Source: a candidate division FCPU426 bacterium
GTDB taxonomy: Bacteria; Oederibacteriota; Muellerivitia; Muellerivitales; DAHXKG01
Direction: 5' to 3'
DNA length: 64,000 nucleotides
Assembly (NCBI GenBank): GCA_027366525.1
Contig: DAHXKG010000003.1
Span: 5,453 to 69,452 of the forward strand
Under the pieces are notes generated by a model, which searched no databases, was not told the origin of the DNA, and saw nothing but the letters and a program-made list of their open reading frames with translations. Within the stretch, counting starts at the first letter, position 1. Every line of letters begins with the position of its first letter. Below, piece by piece: positions 1-10,668 of this stretch. Both the position numbers and the translations under genes were made by a program.

Positions 1-235
1 AATGCTTCCACCTATAAAAATAATTGCATCCTGCTCATTTGGAATATCCTGAATGCCCTCCCAAACACTTTGAAACGGACGATACGGCGGAAGCGATTGT
101 GCCCAAAGAAATTTGCCTTGCAAAACTAATATTCCTAACGTGATACTAATGATTTTTAAAAAATAAAATCCTTGCTTATTCGAATATTTTTCATTAATCG
201 ACATTATGGCTCCTTGGTTTTTATAGTTCCGTTTA

Positions 236-1978
236 TTATGCTCCCAAGGCCCATGGATTCCAAACCTTTGTAAAAAATTTTTCTGGATTTTGTTGATGCG
301 CCGTACCAATAACTGTTATATGTGGAAATTGCTGCTGAATCAATTGGTAGAAATAAGCTTGAAGCTCCTCTTCGAGTGCCGAGGTGGCTTCATCCATAAT
401 TACCCATTCAGGCTGATAAAGAAACACTCTTCCCCAAGCAATACGCTGTTGTTCTCCAATCGAAAGAACCATTTCCCAATGCTGACACTCTTCCAATTTA
501 TATTTTAGGTAATCTAATTGACAAAGAGTAAGAACTTTTTTAACTGCTTCATGAGAAAAATCTGTTTCTGGTTTTGGATAAGTTAAAGTCGCCTTAAGCG
601 TTCCAATCGGTAAATAGATCTTCTGTGGAATAAACATCATTCGGGCACGAGAAGGTATAATCACTCGTCCTTGTGCATAGGGCCAAATTCCTTTCAACAC
701 ACGGATCAAAGTACTTTTTCCACATCCTGAAGGACCTTTCATCATCACTGACTCACCTGGATATAACGTCTGTGATGCCATCGATACTAATACTTTTTGA
801 GAATTCGGAGCTAAAATAGATATTGCCTTAATCTGAATTGGCGATTGTTCTGAGTTGCGTTCTAACAAATGTTGAGCTTGTTGGTAGGCTTGTTTCGTCC
901 GATTTACTTCACACTCAAACCCTTCCAATCGATCTACAACTGCGCTCCAGTAAGCCAGTTTTGCATAATTATCCAGTATCCAAGAAAGGGCTCCCTTAAC
1001 TTGATAAAATGCTCCCCAAACTTGAATCAATCCCCCATAACCCATATGCTTGGTAAAATATCTTGGAGCTGCGACCACTAAAGGAAAAATATCTGAAAAT
1101 TGATTGTAGCCGCTAGAAAAAAAATCCAAATACAACATTTTTTGAATAATGGATTGAAAATTAGAAAAAACATGCTGAAAAGATTTTTTTAAGCTTGTTT
1201 CTTCCATCATTTCTCCATCGCTTAACGCAATATTTTCTCCATTTTCTCGAAGTCGAATGAGTGAAAATCTGAAATCAGCCTCTAAAAGCTGTTGATTATA
1301 ATTAAGTCCCACCAAAGGACGACCTATTCGATGTGCTATCCAAGTTGAAATGCCTGCATAAATCAAGCAAGCCCATACCATATATCCCGGGATGGAAAGT
1401 ATTCTTCCGTAACCAAGGGAAATATGCAAAGGGCCTGAAAGTGTCCACAAAATCGCAATAAATGAAACAAACATGGCTACTTGATTGATTAATCCAACAA
1501 ACAAAGATAGGCTTGAAGTCACAAATTCTCGAATATCATCAGAAATTCGTTGATCAGGATTATCGGTTTTCTGGGTTTCCAAATGCCAAAGATAATGGCT
1601 CTTATTTTGAAGCCACTGCTCCAGAAACCTTCGAGTCATCCACCGTCTCCATTGATTTTGAAGACTTTGAACAAGATACTTCTGAAAAGATGAAACGATC
1701 ACAATCAGCAAAGTCAAAATCAAAAAATATCCCAAAAGTGTCCAAAAAATACTTTCATTGAATTTTTGGATGGCATTATAAAAATGTCGTGTCCAAATGT
1801 TAACCAGAACCATCAAATAAACGTTGCCTAAGGTCAACAGTAGAACCACGAATAATAATCCACGCCCGCTTCCTCCATCTTTAGAAATCCAATAGGATCG
1901 TCCTAATTTCCAAAAACTTTTCAAATGTGACTTGGTAAAAGGTACAGAAGAAAAAAACCTTGGATTACGGGAGTCCAT
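236..1978 (-). CDS. ABC transporter fused permease/ATPase, SbmA/BacA-like (ABCD/Rv1819c type); probable B12 importer
   Basis: DNPDQRI motif, EADFR..L.R.REN EAA-like motif, Walker A GPSGCGKS, LSIGEQQR, Walker B IMDEATSAL; downstream of btuB. Confidence 0.9.
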   Translation of the reverse strand: MDSRNPRFFSSVPFTKSHLKSFWKLGRSYWISKDGGSGRGLLFVVLLLTLGNVYLMVLVNIWTRHFYNAIQKFNESIFWTLLGYFLILTLLIVIVSSFQKYLVQSLQNQWRRWMTRRFLEQWLQNKSHYLWHLETQKTDNPDQRISDDIREFVTSSLSLFVGLINQVAMFVSFIAILWTLSGPLHISLGYGRILSIPGYMVWACLIYAGISTWIAHRIGRPLVGLNYNQQLLEADFRFSLIRLRENGENIALSDGEMMEETSLKKSFQHVFSNFQSIIQKMLYLDFFSSGYNQFSDIFPLVVAAPRYFTKHMGYGGLIQVWGAFYQVKGALSWILDNYAKLAYWSAVVDRLEGFECEVNRTKQAYQQAQHLLERNSEQSPIQIKAISILAPNSQKVLVSMASQTLYPGESVMMKGPSGCGKSTLIRVLKGIWPYAQGRVIIPSRARMMFIPQKIYLPIGTLKATLTYPKPETDFSHEAVKKVLTLCQLDYLKYKLEECQHWEMVLSIGEQQRIAWGRVFLYQPEWVIMDEATSALEEELQAYFYQLIQQQFPHITVIGTAHQQNPEKFFTKVWNPWALGA

Positions 1979-2004
1979 TGATTGTTCTCCTTTATATTCG
2001 ATAA

Positions 2005-4023
2005 TTAAAAATTAATTTTCGTTCCGATATAAGTTGAAAAGCGAGCTGTTCCATAGCCATAAATTTCTTCGTATTGTTCATTGAATAAATTATCAATACG
2101 TCCATAGAGTTGCAGAGTGGGACTGATCTGGTATGATGCAGTGAGATTGACTACAACATAGGAAGGCATCGTCACTAATGTAACCGGGTAAACCGAGTAA
2201 TTGTCATCCTCTCGTGTTCCAACATAAAAAATATTGATCCCGCAATGTATTTGGTTCCATTGATAAAAAATATCTGCGTTCCATTGGTTTTTAGGACACT
2301 CCAGCAATGCAAGTCCCGTTTGAACATTGAGCGCCAGTGTATAGGTGTAATTTACGGCAATATTCAAGTGTTGAATTTCTTGATCAGAAATGCCGATTTC
2401 AAATCCTTGAGTTTGAGCCAGCCCAATATTTACATATTGCCCATATGGTGGAGTTGCAGTCGTGTTAAAATCAATCAAGTTGGAGAAGTCGGTGTGAAAA
2501 AAGTTAAAATTACCTCGAATTTTTCCTTGTTGAAAAAATTGATCCATTCCAGCCTCCCAACTCTGATCTTGTTCTGGCTGCAAATGTACATTCCCATAGG
2601 GTGAATATAATTGATATAACGATGGTATTCTAAAGCCAGTTCCATACGTGATCCGCAACTTACTTTCCCATCCTGGAATCCAATACGCTAACCCTTCTTG
2701 ATGGGTAACATGATCACCAAAGGAAGTCCAATGATCATTTCGAACATTTAAAGAAACATGGATTTGGTGAAATAATGTTGTTTCATCTGCCGCAAACTCA
2801 CTTTGTGTATCAATCGACTGATTAAACAATGTTTGATTCAATCCATATCCATAATTCGCCCAGTCATTAATACTGCCCCATGCACGCTGATCTCTCAATC
2901 CAATCATGACCGTTTCGCCCGAACACAAATCGAAATTATTTTGCCAACTTGCTTGAACTGCACGACCATCGAAAACACCTTGTTCATAATGAGAATTAGG
3001 GTAAGAACTAAATTGATCGGTATAGTTTTGTAAATCACTCGTATTGGAAATATTTAAAATCTGTTCCCAGGTTTGATGCAATAATTTCCATTTTACCTGA
3101 TCACCGGCAATCCATTGTTGTTCATTTAAAAAGTAATTCGGATCGTCTCCACCAATACCCGCTTGAGCATCCAAATGAGTTCGAGACTGAATATCGTCGA
3201 TCAAAATCGTATTTGTTAAATTCGATGTTGGAGCAATTTCAGCATGAATGGATGACGTTGTATTACGATCACCATCATTGATTTGATTTCCAAAGGCTCG
3301 ATCCGCTGAAGGAAATCCCTGGGTATTAAATTGAGAAATGAAAAGATTCACCTGAGCAAAATGATTGCCTGCTGAGGCCTCAGCTGATTCATGAAATGTT
3401 TGATACGCTCCCCCTTCCAAATTGACAAATCCAGATAGGGGGCCTGAACCCGATTGAGTAATAATATTAATGACACCAGACCCTGCATTCGTTCCATACT
3501 CGGCACTTAAAGGGCCGCGGACAATATTAATGTGATCAATATTACCGGCAAATAGCTGATCCCAATTACTGAACGAATCATTCGTGGCAATCGGATCGTT
3601 AAGAGGTATCCCATCCATGAGTACTAACACTTGCCCTGAACTTGCCCCCTGCACATGGACTGAAGCAATCTCACCTGGAGCTCCATCCTGAGTCAGAAAT
3701 AAGCCAGGAGTACCTTGTAATGCTTGCAAAACACTTTGAGCTTGTTTTCGTTGAATGTCTTGAGCCGTAATCATCGACAACGAATCTGCAATATCTTTCC
3801 AAGCAGTTTTTAATCGAGTGGCCGTAACCAACATCGTTAACGGCTTTGAAACTTGACGTTCTTGATGATTGGATTTTATTTTCGCTGTGATTGTGTTTTC
3901 ACTAGCATTTATGGTCAACGTTTTTGAAATAGAAGGAGAAAGCTTCCAAGCCCAAAGTGGGGCACTCACTAGCAACCAAATCCACAAGATGAAAAAACAT
4001 TTCCAACCATAAGAAATACGCAT
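2005..4023 (-). CDS. btuB: TonB-dependent receptor, BtuB-like
   Basis: Plug motifs (VTATR, VLVLMDGIPLND, VRGP.S..YG..A.SGVINIIT), C-terminal F; ATG at 4023 follows GGAG RBS; B12 riboswitch upstream. Confidence 0.85.
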   Translation of the reverse strand: MRISYGWKCFFILWIWLLVSAPLWAWKLSPSISKTLTINASENTITAKIKSNHQERQVSKPLTMLVTATRLKTAWKDIADSLSMITAQDIQRKQAQSVLQALQGTPGLFLTQDGAPGEIASVHVQGASSGQVLVLMDGIPLNDPIATNDSFSNWDQLFAGNIDHINIVRGPLSAEYGTNAGSGVINIITQSGSGPLSGFVNLEGGAYQTFHESAEASAGNHFAQVNLFISQFNTQGFPSADRAFGNQINDGDRNTTSSIHAEIAPTSNLTNTILIDDIQSRTHLDAQAGIGGDDPNYFLNEQQWIAGDQVKWKLLHQTWEQILNISNTSDLQNYTDQFSSYPNSHYEQGVFDGRAVQASWQNNFDLCSGETVMIGLRDQRAWGSINDWANYGYGLNQTLFNQSIDTQSEFAADETTLFHQIHVSLNVRNDHWTSFGDHVTHQEGLAYWIPGWESKLRITYGTGFRIPSLYQLYSPYGNVHLQPEQDQSWEAGMDQFFQQGKIRGNFNFFHTDFSNLIDFNTTATPPYGQYVNIGLAQTQGFEIGISDQEIQHLNIAVNYTYTLALNVQTGLALLECPKNQWNADIFYQWNQIHCGINIFYVGTREDDNYSVYPVTLVTMPSYVVVNLTASYQISPTLQLYGRIDNLFNEQYEEIYGYGTARFSTYIGTKINF

Positions 4024-4124
4024 GATCCCATCTCCCGAGGAAGAAAGCTTTTTCATGCTTTGAAAAAGGAGATGTCTATCTGCATATCCACTTCCCATAG
4101 CCCGAAGAAGCTGTCTCAAAATAG

Positions 4125-4270
4125 CTTGAGGCCGGTCTCCTGACTTAGGGTTGATTCACGAATAAAAGCCTTCCCATTTAAAATAGTGACTTTTATTCCA
4201 GTTACTGCCCAACACCCTTCACAGTGGCGGGTCCGTACCGGAATTTCACCGGTTTCCCGAACACCTCAAG
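4125..4270 (-). promoter_or_regulatory. Cobalamin (B12) riboswitch
   Basis: Minus strand reads GGGAAACCGGTGAAATTCCGGTACGGACCCGCCACTGTGA...GGGAAGGC...AAGTCAGGAGACCGGCC, the conserved B12-element motifs; CTTGAGG/CCTCAAG closing stem. Confidence 0.95.
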
Positions 4271-4281
4271 TTGTTGCATTA

Positions 4282-4310
4282 GTCATACATAAAAAATCAA
4301 GTCCTGTCAA
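4282..4310 (-). promoter_or_regulatory. Sigma70-type promoter for the riboswitch-btuB leader
   Basis: TTGACA, 17 bp spacer, TATGAC just upstream of the riboswitch. Confidence 0.55.
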
Positions 4311-5349
4311 TTTTAAAATTTTTCATCTTTTCTCCAATATTTTTAATTTTTATGGATTATGAAATCGTTCGCTTTTTTCGTCAACAAATTCAAAATTGAA
4401 AAATTTTTAAAATTTTACCACAAAAATCCAATTCGGAGAGAGGGATATGAATAAAAGTGATTTACCGTGGAGCCAATAAGCCTTGTATATTTATTTTTGG
4501 GCTTATTTTTGTTTTCTATAGTTATACTCGATATTTGTTTTTCTTGATTTATTTCTTAACTCTAGAAACTTTCCAATTAACTCCGAAAACCTGAGTTCAA
4601 ACTTCTGAGTCAGCCCTGAATATGTATTAATCAAAAACGTTAGTTTTTAACTTTTTGACCTCACGATGGATCCACTCCTTCATTCGCAAAAATTCTACTG
4701 GAGCAATGTTACTCAATGAACTTGAGAGTACTATGTGCTACACTTTTTCTTCCAAACTTATTTTTTCTTTTACGTCTGTCCACCCCAAAAAACAATGTTG
4801 ATTTATCATTTCTTTCGAAAGCTAGAGTAAAACAAATCGATAAGCGAATTATCTGCTGGTTGTGAGTTCTGTCCTAAAATTCAATACAATTTAAAGTAGT
4901 GTTTTTTATTTCCACCTATGTTCACGATATCCACAAGAATCATATTTATACACTTTGGTTAAATTCGTGAAATTGTCACTGCACAGTCTATAGGTCTTGA
5001 AAATAGATTAATAAATTCTCAACGAAGTCAAGTTTCGATGTAATTTTCCAAGCCGTATAAAAATCTTGATTCCGCACAAACCTTGTTACTAAATCTTGAA
5101 TTTTTTTAGATGTACGTTTTATCAAATTAAAAATTGATGTTTTGTTTTTAAGCTTGTTTCTATGAATATAAAAAATCGTTTTAAGGAATAAAATACTTAA
5201 TTTCATTGATTTTTACTGAATGCGTTCTTCAAAAATATTCTAAAAACGTGTTTTTTCGTTAAAATTAATAACATTTAACGATCTACTCATTATTTTTTTT
5301 ATGATACAATATAAGGAAAACGATTTAATGAGTATTCACTAGGATTGTT

Positions 5350-8300
5350 ATGTTAGCAAGATATTCTTTGAAAATTCTTATCTTTAGTTTAATCATTCAC
5401 ATTTTCTTGGGAATTTTTTCGCTGGTATTAGCCCAATGCACACCTGCAACCGCCCAAATCTGTGTAGCAGTGGATGATTATGCAGAAGTTTATATTAATG
5501 GCGTTTTTTTAGGTCAAGTAAATTACTGTAATTGGAATGGTGCCGGAACTTGTCCACCAGGTTGCTTGAGTGTCCCTGTCTCTTTATTAACCAATCCTAT
5601 TTGTATTGCCATTGAAGATCAGAACACCGCACCAGAAGTTACTTACGCTTCATGGGATTTAGATATTACTTGTAGTAGTGGGTTGCATTCAGAAATTACA
5701 TCCTCTGATGGAAATTATCAAGGTTATTACATTTCCACTGGAAATCCAGCACCTACCCCAGGCCCTGACTCGAGTGGGAATCCTTGGTACTCTCCCAATT
5801 ATAATGGAAGTGGCGTCTTTACATTACCTCCTGTAACTGTAGTCAATGGAGATACTTGGGGACAACCCATTTTTAACCCAGTCACTGGACAACAAATCCC
5901 ATTTATTGCTAACAACAATACTGGAGACTATGGAGATAGTGTTGGTGCTGTTTTCTGGAGGCAATGTGGTGTGACTATCCCAACCCCTCAACCTACGATA
6001 GGACCTGCAACTTTCACAATCACCAAAACATTGGATGGACCCGTAACTGCCAATGGATGTGGAACAAATGATTTTTGTGTAACATTTACGATTGTTGCTT
6101 GCAACACTGGAGGCGCCATTAATACTCCTGTAACCATTATGGATAATCTCATTACGCCTGCAGGATTTCAATTCGTAAATTGGGGCTATGATGGAACTTA
6201 TCCTTACAATAGCCCTCCTAATGGAGAAGCACCCGTACCAAATTCAAACATGATTTATTTTCCAACAGGACTCGGAAATGGATGTGTAACTTTGCAAGCT
6301 GTAGAAGAAAATTATTATTGGCCAAACAATCAGTGTCAACAAGAAGTAGATGAAGCCTCACTTAGTTATGGAGGAAGTGTTAGTATTTCTTCCGCTCCAA
6401 TTACCGTAAATATCCCTTGTTTTACCCCCACTCCTACCTGGACTCCTACTTTCACTCCCACTTGGACTCCTACCTGGACCCCTACTTGGACCCCCACTTT
6501 CACTCCTACCTGGACTCCTACGTGGACTCCCTCTCCAACACCAACTCAATCAACTCCTACTTTTACTCCCACTCCAACTTTTACACCAACTAAAACGCCT
6601 ACGCCTACAAATACTTTTACTCCAACAAAGACTTTAACGCCAACTAATACCTTTACACCCACTCAAACACCTACGCAGACTTCCACTCCGACACCCACTA
6701 ATACGTTTACTTCTACTAGTACTTTTACTCCAACCCAAACCCCCACCTCAACTTTTACTCCCACTCCGACCCCTACGCATACTCCCACCTCGACACCCAC
6801 TAGTACACCTACTCCAACCGCTACGAACACGCCTATCCCATCCGCAACATCAACTAATACCCCCACCAATACTCCTACACCGACGCATACTTTCACCCCT
6901 ACCAACACTTCCACTCCCACTCCCACTAATAGCCCAACCGCTACTCCTACTCAAACTCCAACCTCTACACCTACTTCAACACCCACTAACACATCTACCC
7001 CAACTGCTACTAATACACCTGTCCCATCCGCAACATCAACCAATACCCCCACTAATACTCCTACACCGACACATACTTTCACTCCTACCAACACCCCTAC
7101 TCCCACTCCCACCAATAGTCCAACCGCTACGCCTACTCAAACTTTTACACCTACTCAAACTCCAACCTTTACGCCTACCTCAACACCCACTAACACATCT
7201 ACCCCAACTGCTACTAATACGCCTGTCCCATCCGCAACGCCCACTAATACCCCTACCGATACTCCCACAGCAACTCATACCTTCACCCCTACCAACACCC
7301 CTACTCCTACTCCCACCAATAGTCCAACCGCTACTCCTACTCAAACTTTTACACCCACTCAAACTCCAACCTTTACGCCTACGCAAACTGTGACTAGTAC
7401 ACCAACCAACACAATTACAAATACACCCACCTTCACACCTACTTTTACTCCAACTTCAACAACGACAAATACACCTACTTTTACTCCAACTTTCACATCA
7501 ACTTATACACCTACCGTGACCAATACCCCAACCAATACCCCAACTGCCACTTTCACCAGTACTCCCACTTCGACACCAACTCCCGTTGTTACCGTTGTCC
7601 TGAAAAAGAATGCTTCAAACGCTAATCCATCGTCTGGAGATCAAGAAACGTATACCATTCAAGCAAACATATTTAATAACTCTGCCAAAAATATTGTTGT
7701 CTGGGATACTATTCCCACGGGCTTAACTTATGCCGGTGGTATAACACCCAACGGACAAGTCATTCCCCTACCAACGCCAGGTTCTTCTTCAACAGGTACA
7801 TTACTTGTTTGGAATTTAGGCTCCGAATCTCCAGGATCTTATACCTTCAGTTATCGTGCAACCGTTAATCAATTGATTTTAGGGGGGACGGTAATTACCA
7901 ACTGGGTTGCCTGGCAGGATTTAGAAGAACCTACTCCACTATTAGCTCAAGCTCCCATTACCATTACGGGTGCCTATACCATTAAAATTGGCATTTACAA
8001 CGAATCCGGTGAAGAAGTTAAACAAATTTTAGAAACCCAACTTTCTCAACCACTGGATACCATAAATTTAGAAGTCTCTTCTAATATTACGACGGTGAAT
8101 GGAACCGTGACGATTTACTATCAAGGGGTGAATTTAGGAACATGGAACGGAACTAATACGCAAGGACAGCTCGTGACAAATGGCCAATATTATGTGAAAG
8201 TTGACAATATTGATCCCGAAGGAGCTGTAACTTCCGTCACTAAAGCTATCACGGTTGATCGCGCTCTTCAAACTATTACCGTTTTGGTTTATAACGAGTC

Positions 8301-8892
8301 TGGAGAAGTAGTTCGGCACTTATATGAAACTAATGAAAACTATAGCTCCACTAATAACATTACAGCGGAAACCGTTAGTTCAACGGTCCTCGTTCCTTCT
8401 ACGGCGATGAACTCTCCTCTACTCACCATCCAGTGGATAAACAATTCAGGAGCTGTCATAGGAACAACCACTTGGGATGGCCGAAATGATGCTGGTGAAA
8501 TCGTAACTAATGGAGAATATTTTATAGCGGTAGTCTCAAGTACGGGAACGGGAGCCAATGTTTCACTCACCAAAGAAGTGACCATTAATGGTACTGGAGA
8601 AAACCTGGGTCAGGTCTACGCAGCTCCCAATATCCTTAACCATGGTAACAGCTTACTAAACCTACGAGTCATTCCGCCTGCGGGAGCTGGAAATTGGACC
8701 ATTAGTCGAGTCCGCGTTTATGATGTAAGCGGCGAATTAGTGGACGAATTCGCCGGATCTCCAGGCTCTAATTCGGCCTCTTATAACCTTTCAACATTGG
8801 CGAGCGGACTTTATCTAGTCGTGGTGAATTTGGAAGATGCTCAGGGCCATTTATTAGGTCATCAAATTATTCAAATTGTTATTCAACACTAA
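5350..8892 (+). CDS. Large secreted protein: Cys-rich N-terminal domains, long Pro/Thr linker, DUF11-like domain, FlgD-Ig-like domains, T9SS-CTD-like end
   Basis: Signal peptide; about 390 aa of TPT repeats; WNG../WDGRN..G..V.NG.Y motifs twice; ends [10 protein letters not shown]...IVIQH. Confidence 0.8.
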   Translation: MLARYSLKILIFSLIIHIFLGIFSLVLAQCTPATAQICVAVDDYAEVYINGVFLGQVNYCNWNGAGTCPPGCLSVPVSLLTNPICIAIEDQNTAPEVTYASWDLDITCSSGLHSEITSSDGNYQGYYISTGNPAPTPGPDSSGNPWYSPNYNGSGVFTLPPVTVVNGDTWGQPIFNPVTGQQIPFIANNNTGDYGDSVGAVFWRQCGVTIPTPQPTIGPATFTITKTLDGPVTANGCGTNDFCVTFTIVACNTGGAINTPVTIMDNLITPAGFQFVNWGYDGTYPYNSPPNGEAPVPNSNMIYFPTGLGNGCVTLQAVEENYYWPNNQCQQEVDEASLSYGGSVSISSAPITVNIPCFTPTPTWTPTFTPTWTPTWTPTWTPTFTPTWTPTWTPSPTPTQSTPTFTPTPTFTPTKTPTPTNTFTPTKTLTPTNTFTPTQTPTQTSTPTPTNTFTSTSTFTPTQTPTSTFTPTPTPTHTPTSTPTSTPTPTATNTPIPSATSTNTPTNTPTPTHTFTPTNTSTPTPTNSPTATPTQTPTSTPTSTPTNTSTPTATNTPVPSATSTNTPTNTPTPTHTFTPTNTPTPTPTNSPTATPTQTFTPTQTPTFTPTSTPTNTSTPTATNTPVPSATPTNTPTDTPTATHTFTPTNTPTPTPTNSPTATPTQTFTPTQTPTFTPTQTVTSTPTNTITNTPTFTPTFTPTSTTTNTPTFTPTFTSTYTPTVTNTPTNTPTATFTSTPTSTPTPVVTVVLKKNASNANPSSGDQETYTIQANIFNNSAKNIVVWDTIPTGLTYAGGITPNGQVIPLPTPGSSSTGTLLVWNLGSESPGSYTFSYRATVNQLILGGTVITNWVAWQDLEEPTPLLAQAPITITGAYTIKIGIYNESGEEVKQILETQLSQPLDTINLEVSSNITTVNGTVTIYYQGVNLGTWNGTNTQGQLVTNGQYYVKVDNIDPEGAVTSVTKAITVDRALQTITVLVYNESGEVVRHLYETNENYSSTNNITAETVSSTVLVPSTAMNSPLLTIQWINNSGAVIGTTTWDGRNDAGEIVTNGEYFIAVVSSTGTGANVSLTKEVTINGTGENLGQVYAAPNILNHGNSLLNLRVIPPAGAGNWTISRVRVYDVSGELVDEFAGSPGSNSASYNLSTLASGLYLVVVNLEDAQGHLLGHQIIQIVIQH
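6424..7580 (+). repeat. Coding Pro/Thr low-complexity tract with 12-bp TPTW/TPTF units and three long imperfect tandem copies
   Basis: CCATCCGCAAC recurs at 6838, 7024 and 7228 (periods 186 and 204 bp), each followed by a PSAT.TNTPT...[22 protein letters not shown] unit. Confidence 0.9.
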
Positions 8893-9051
8893 AAAATTAT
8901 GGTGATTCTTGATCGGATAGTTAATTTGATTCCATACAAATCGTTACTGGACTTCATCAATGACTTCCGGTGTCGCTTTGATTGAAAAATAAATATTTAT
9001 TGTTTGAGCATCTGAAATTTTAAATTTTTTTAAACTTATTTTTCGAGGACT

Positions 9052-9987
9052 TTGATGAAAGAGCATACACATCCACTCCTCAACCACCCCATTGATGTCA
9101 GCAGGGAATTTTCAAATTTAGAAAATACCCTATTTCTACCAAAGCAATTGTTGAATTTTAATCTCAAAACTATGATGGGTCAAATTGACTGGAACAGATA
9201 CGCATATAAAATTCGCACAGCTTTCAATCAAGAAGGATTATCTCTGGTTGAACAATCGTCATGGGAGTTCCCTCCAATTTATGATCCTTATTCTGAATTG
9301 AACTCCTTTAAAATTACCTTTTATGGCAATCGAACCGTGAGAATACAACTACATGGTCGATCTTATCCTCATGCTTCAACCTCTTCGCTTATGTTAGTGA
9401 ATCATTTAAAGCCCTCCCCTCCCTGGCCAGTGAAGCACACTAAAAACCGTATTATCTATCAAAGCTCAGCCGGATCGCTCATTATTCATCAAAAGCCTTG
9501 GAGACTTGAAATCCGGGATGCCTCCCATCAAGTACTTACTCAAACAATCAATCTCGAGGATCACCGAAGTCTGCGCAATACGGATCCCCTTCCTTTTTGT
9601 TTTATTCGACCCACACCTAATTATGCCCGAAAATTCGCCGCTACCTTTCAGCTTCATAATTGTGAAAAAATTTATGGCTGCGGGGAATCATTTACACGTT
9701 TAGACAAACGAGGACAAAAGTTGGTTTTGTTTACCTATGATTGTCATGGGGTTCAACATGATGGGATGTATAAACCCATTCCATTTTTCATGAGTAATCG
9801 AGGCTATGGCATGTTTCTTCATACCACCAGTCCCTCTACTTTTGATTTTGGCTATTCCTATGGCGAAGCAACCACTTTATTTACTGAGGATGAGATTTTG
9901 GATCTCTTTATATTTTTAGGCTCTCCCAAGGAAATTTTATCCGCCTATACTCATTGTACAGGCCGAAGTCCCATGCCACCATTCTGA
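9052..9987 (+). pseudogene. GH31 alpha-xylosidase (YicI-like), 5' fragment
   Basis: EKIYGCGESFTRLDKRGQ, YKPIPFFMSNRGYG, YT..TGRSPMPP, then an abrupt stop at the insert junction. Confidence 0.85.
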
Positions 9988-10132
9988 AAACTCAATTTTA
10001 AACCACATTTCTAAACTATTTGTTCCATCTGTAAAATCCGAATAATCTAAAAGTATCTCATATCCATCTGGAGGTATTGGTATAAATCCAAGATCAATTT
10101 GCTTTGGGCTTTTTTTATTTTTCCAATAACTA

Positions 10133-10198
10133 TTAAGCGCGGATGCGTTTGATGCCCGTTCCAGCCTTTTCAATGAAGCCAACACGATGCAACAGGTC
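10133..10198 (-). pseudogene. Fragment of an AlbA_2/HATPase_c_4 (RecG-C-like) ATP-binding protein
   Basis: Translates DLLHRVGFIEKAGTGIKRIRA*, matching the recalled RNP.IADL.HR.G.IEK.GTG motif. Confidence 0.6.
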
Positions 10199-10210
10199 CC
10201 CGTCGTGGAC
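10196..10210. repeat. 15-bp cassette-boundary repeat, copy 1 (GTCCCCGTCGTGGAC)
   Basis: Identical to copy 2; 14 bp beyond the SnoaL gene stop codon. Confidence 0.9.
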
Positions 10211-10224
10211 GACCGGGAACGGGA

Positions 10225-10596
10225 TTACTTCTGTTCGTTCAAATAGAAAGCTTTTACTTTTTGGGCTTTGTTTTCCGCGTTCAACTCCACCACATCAAGA
10301 ACCTGATTACCGTTATCCCGCCGGTAAAGGACCGCGTAACCGCTGGGCGCGGAAAAAACCTGCTCCAGGGTGAAGTGGATATGAGGCGCCAAGGAAAGTC
10401 CCAAGCGGAAATGCTCGCGCAACTCCGTTAATCCATGAAGTTTTCCATCGGGTTTATGCCAACGCACCACCACCGTGTTGGCCTCAAATTCAATCGTGTC
10501 GGCATAGTGACCCATGATTCGATCCAGGTCATGGGCGTTCCAGGCCTCGATCCAATCCCCAGCGATCGTCCGTAAGTCGGCAATATTTTTGAGCAT
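10225..10596 (-). CDS. SnoaL-like / NTF2-family protein
   Basis: WIEAWNAHDLDRIMGHYADTIEF motif. Confidence 0.85.
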   Translation of the reverse strand: MLKNIADLRTIAGDWIEAWNAHDLDRIMGHYADTIEFEANTVVVRWHKPDGKLHGLTELREHFRLGLSLAPHIHFTLEQVFSAPSGYAVLYRRDNGNQVLDVVELNAENKAQKVKAFYLNEQK

Positions 10597-10641
10597 GATG
10601 AAATTACCTATTCTTATTTCACTTTTTCTTGTCGACTCCGG

Positions 10642-10656
10642 GTCCCCGTCGTGGAC
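10642..10656. repeat. 15-bp cassette-boundary repeat, copy 2 (GTCCCCGTCGTGGAC)
   Basis: 12 bp beyond the methyltransferase stop codon. Confidence 0.9.
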
Positions 10657-10668
10657 AAGTAAGCAATG

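Noticed and set aside
6424-7580. Periodic repeats as a CRISPR array or ncRNA; antisense ORFs 6358-6549, 6663-6926 and 7180-7386
   Set aside because: The repeats are in-frame Pro/Thr codons varying at third positions; the antisense ORFs are shadows.
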